Below, piece by piece: positions 60,001 to 64,000 of a DNA stretch of 64,000 nt; the stretch's first letter is position 1, and every line of letters starts with the position of its first letter. The translations under genes and the position numbers were made by a program. Under the pieces are notes generated by a model, which saw only the letters and a program-made list of their open reading frames with translations, was not told the origin of the DNA and made no database searches. The stretch is from positions 28,024,001 to 28,088,000 of the forward strand of contig NC_135759.1 of NCBI RefSeq assembly GCF_052425735.1. The letters are read 5' to 3'. Source of the DNA: Oculina patagonica (taxonomy: Eukaryota).

Positions 60001-62359
60001 CCCAGAGTTTCAGTGACCAAGAAAACCAAGAAATGGAATCTAATGAGCAAAATTCGTCACCTGAACAAGCCTTGGCTCCTGCAACTATTGCTGCTATGAC
60101 AGGAATGACCCCAGAGGAAGGAAATGGCTTCAGAGCGCCCTCACAAGGAAACATGGAGGAACAACAAGAAGGCCAACAACAATCTGCTGGTGATTTAATG
60201 TCCAGCTTCAATATGAGTCCTTCGAATGAAGGCGAAGCACAGGTTGAATCGTTTGGTGAAACAGGTGAGCTGATTGCGAAAGGCGCTTTCTTCCATGAGG
60301 GCGTGATCTAGATATTTGTTATTAACACTCTTTCACCTTCTTTTGTAAGGAAATCCAAACATGTACGCTACGGGAGCAGAAGAACAAACCACGGAGTCTG
60401 CCTCGCGCAGAGCTGATATTCCCGGCCAGACGGAGGGAGATCTAATCAAGAAACAGGCTGTCGCATATCCATATCATTACCTTTACCCTGGGTATGCAAT
60501 GGCGCACGGAATCAACCCATATTACCACTTCGCGCCCATAAATTATGTAAGGCATACATTGTGACTTAATTCCCCTTAAGCACCATAGTCTCATAACCTA
60601 GTTCGCAGTCGATCTTCCACTAAGGGTTGTTTCTTTGTACAAGGAACTTGATTACGTACACAGATTATGGACTTGTCTGTTTATTGATTGACCCTTCTAG
60701 TTCGAGTCATAGCAATACAATGTAAGACTGATTATTTCATCCAGTATAAACTATAGGACACCCGAAGGTGAAAATATCATACACGTACTGCTATTGGATT
60801 TGACGTAATCTTTCTTATCTGTTGCTGTTAATTAAATTGTGGGCATTCAGGGGGAGGGATGGTCGTGTTAAGCACCTGAGGTCGGATTTCAAGAGAGCAA
60901 TGCATCTACGTATTTCCTAGACTGTTTAAGTGGGGCTGTTCCAGGAAACTTATTGGGAGGCTCGTTGGCCTATTGGTTAGTGCGCTGGACTCCGGATCGA
61001 GCTTTCTGGGTTCGAGCCCCGGCCTGGCCGGGCACTGCGTTGTGTTCTTGAACAAGATACTTTACAACCATAGTGCCCTTCTTCACTTAGGTGTATAAAT
61101 GGGTACCGGCGAATTTACTGCTGGGGTTAACCCTCCCATGGACTAGCATCCCATCTAGGGGAGAGTAAAAATACTCCTAGTCGCTTCATGCTGCTGAAAC
61201 CGGGATAAGCGCCGCCCTGATGGGCCACTAGGCTCATATGCAGAATTTGCCTTAACCTTTTCATATTAATTACTTTTAAATGTTCTGTCTTGCTAGTTAC
61301 TTTATAATACTTCTCAAGTGGCAAGTATTTGCAGCTATTGTTGGTATTGCTGTGTTGTGTTTGTGTATGTTTTTTTTAGTACCCTTTGCCTTGAAGGATT
61401 CCACTGTGAATTTGAGCTCTTGTTTGTCTGTCTGTCTGTCTGTCTGTCTTCTGTTGTCTGTCTGTCTGTTGTCTCTGTCTCTGTGTGTCTGTCTGTTGTA
61501 AATAAAGTATCCTCACTCTGTCTGTCTGTCTGTCTGTTTGTTTGTTTGTTCGTTTGTTTGTTTGGCTGACCAAAACCTGTAGACGACAGAGTTAATAACC
61601 AGTGAATTTTACGTTTCCTTGTTTTTTAACACCCCTTTAGGCACAACACCTGATGCAGTACCCTTCAGCTTACCCACTGGCACACGCTGGGTTTGCTCCA
61701 CAAGCATTAGCAGCATACCATGATCATCCCACCCACTCCATTCACGTGGGAGCACCAAATGTCAATGTCGATGTTCACACGACACGGGAACATGTTGCTC
61801 ACCACTTTGAAAAACAGGTAGGATGTCGTTTTGCATGCAATGTGCTTTAATAATTTGTTTATTGCAAAGTACTATGATCGAGGTATTTAATCTTGTCTTG
61901 TTTCATGATCGACTCAAATAGCTGCTGCGATGTGCCCAAAAAGTGTTAGAAATTTTATCTCTTTATCGGTTTTACATATCTTACATCCCGTTCATATTAA
62001 ATAACATCGAGACCAAAGCGTTACGGAGAGTTAAATTACTTTTTTGCATCTCCCAGTAACTGAAGATTTTGGCTGTTGGCAAACTTGCAATCAGATTAAC
62101 TTAACACGGTCCTTGGAGCGCACGCACTGTTTTAATATTTACTTTCCTTATCGTCTCACTTTTTTCTCACTACCTTTTATTTCAGAAAGGAGGCAAACTA
62201 AAAGAACTGGTGGGACAGTTTTCAGAGAAGTTGAAATTCAAGAATAAACACAGGCAATCTTCCCATAAGAAGAAAGTGACGAAAAGGCAGATACCTTCGT
62301 TTATGTCTCCAGCCATGAACCGACAAATGGGATTTGCACCTGCTCTTAGGTCTATATAA
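57010..62359 (+). CDS. Secreted multi-module polyprotein precursor of Gly/Tyr/Trp/His/Pro-rich peptides (cluster gene 13, ~911 aa)
   Basis: Exons 57010-57187 (signal MAKVSSKILIFLGFLCVYIYG), 58255-60264, 60350-60546, 61641-61817 and 62186-62359; all GT-AG with matching phases (1,1,0,0) and an open 2736-nt frame. Confidence 0.87.
60955..61260 (+). mobile_element. tRNA-derived SINE (intronic)
   Basis: Head TGGCCTATTGGTTAG...GGTTCGAGCCC; body homologous to the 13230 and 14007 copies. A degenerate copy lies at ~48560-48735 (-). Confidence 0.82.
61420..61565. repeat. (TCTG)n/(TTTG)n microsatellite
   Basis: Direct reading. Confidence 0.85.
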
Positions 62360-63695
62360 CTAAACATGATGTTAAAGTAATTATTAACTTCGTTAAAACA
62401 AACACAACACCGTTGCTTGTCTTTTTTGACAAAATTGCAAATGAGCAGTTGAAAAATACTTATAATACTTGACTTAAAAAGTAAAGTAAAAACAAGAGCA
62501 TACAATCTTTTATGAGGCGTTAAAACATGTTTCTTTCAATCACGTTGATGTAATTTTATAGATAATTAAATGCCATTAAAATGCCTTCAAGACTGATATT
62601 TCTCTCAAACTGTCTTGTGCAACGCTCATAAGCAGTACGTAAACGTTTTCGATAAAAAGGCATGTGTTAGTTTGGAAAGTTTTGGCAAGCATGATGAAAA
62701 TTCAACTCATTAATATTACATGCATTTCATATCAACGTGTTAGATTATTCAATATACACAATATCTTCTTATAAAATAGTTTTAAAATTGCGAGAAAGGG
62801 AATGCCTCATGCCGCTCTCAATCGAAAACATTTACAATGTTTCCCAGTTCCAAGTGCAAGGAGAACAAAAAAATTCCCAGATCAGAATGTCCCTGGGGCC
62901 ATAAACCATTTGTTACAAGGTCTCGTCCGGCATTTCCACAAGGACACCCAAAACCAGTGCGCATGCGTCATTCCAATTCTCGCTGTAAATACGCATGCTC
63001 AATTGAGTCAAATGTTGGTGCACTTGAATATGACAATATAGTCCCACAATAAACGAACACCATCATTCAGCTTGAAAGAGACGAAGTTTCTGAATGCGAC
63101 CGAAGAAAAGGCAAATGCGGAAGAAAAATCATGAATAATATATCGCCTTGAAAAATCATAGAGTACTGTCAATTGTGCACATGCTTGTAACACGATCTTT
63201 TTTTTTTACCCAGTATGACAGTTACTCGGTGAAAACCCTTTCCATATTACTTATGCAATTCATTGGAAGCAAAGGTTTAAAGGACATGCTATTTTGAAAT
63301 TAGTTTCCACTGCAATTCAACTTTAGTTTTCTCTCAGAGAGCGATACTGAAAGAGAGCGATACTGAATGTCATGTTTCCACGGAAACAACGGATCCAATG
63401 TCAAATTACACAGTTCACCTCCATTTGACTCAACAGTATATTGGCAAATTGCTTATGTTCCTCACCCCTACCCTTTCGTTGTAGATACCCAGTCCCCAAC
63501 ACTGCAGGCCTCCTGGGAGGAAGGTAAGTTGCTGTTCAAATTTCTCATCACAATTGTCGCCAAATGTTCGTTTGTTCTTGTTTGACCTACTGATGACCTT
63601 TCATAATGCAATTGTCAGAGTTACCCACAAATGATAAAATTTGCACGGTTCTAGTTCCGGCTTTCCTTGAAAAAATATGAAACAAGAATTAGCTA

Positions 63696-63966
63696 CAATC
63701 CCGGCCAAAACGGTTGAGACACTTTGCTAATTTTCACCAATTTTGGTACTACAGCTCATTTTTGTCAATCCCCTTTCGAGCCTCCCCTATTCAATGTTGT
63801 CAATGTTGTCATTTTTATGGAAACAAAGCCTGGTGAATTGCAAAACCCATAAAACAACATTGAATTGGAGGGGAGTGGGATAACATGTTTTCAACAAGCT
63901 TGCAAGTCAAGACATTCACAAAAATATGTGAAATGCGTTTTTCTCAACTGGTTTCGTCCGGGATTG
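63696..63966. mobile_element. MITE
   Basis: Imperfect TIRs CAATCCCGGCCAAAA-CGGTTGAGA / TCTCAACTGGTTTCGTCCGGGATTG, preceded by TA. Confidence 0.65.
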
Positions 63967-64000
63967 AAGCCTTTTGGTATTTAGAAGTGTCGTTCGCATG

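Noticed and set aside
58255-60264. Classical neuropeptide precursor (RFamide/GLWamide type)
   Set aside because: Modules are long and diverse and lack the X-Gly-Lys/Arg amidation signals.
2637-62359. Calling the genes minicollagens, metallothioneins or keratin-associated proteins
   Set aside because: There is no Gly-X-Y helix or CxxxCxxxCxxxCxxxCC domain, and metallothioneins and KAPs lack signal peptides. The similarity is compositional only.
62802-63193. ORFs 62802-63041, 62837-63052 and 63008-63193
   Set aside because: Short, overlapping and without supporting motifs or a gene model.

Overview
AT-rich eukaryotic (animal) genomic DNA with GT-AG introns, three assembly gaps, and LINE, SINE and MITE repeats. 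The repeat types suggest an anthozoan cnidarian such as a stony coral, but this is an inference. The main content is a dense cluster of about 13 genes that I cannot assign to a known family, all predicted to encode secreted low-complexity proteins, most with a signal peptide, a charged propeptide and dibasic/furin-type sites. They include a Gly-Ala silk-like protein, three ultra-Cys/His-rich proteins, six related genes with a phase-1 intron that in five of them falls within a Cys cluster, and a ~911-aa polyprotein of about ten Gly/Tyr/Trp/His/Pro-rich peptide modules bounded by a recurring R/K-S/A-x-V/I-P motif. A disrupted intron-containing HSP70 gene and many transposon relics lie inside the cluster. 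Gene models were spliced by hand from GT-AG sites and frame continuity. No database search was run, so novelty and function remain hypotheses.
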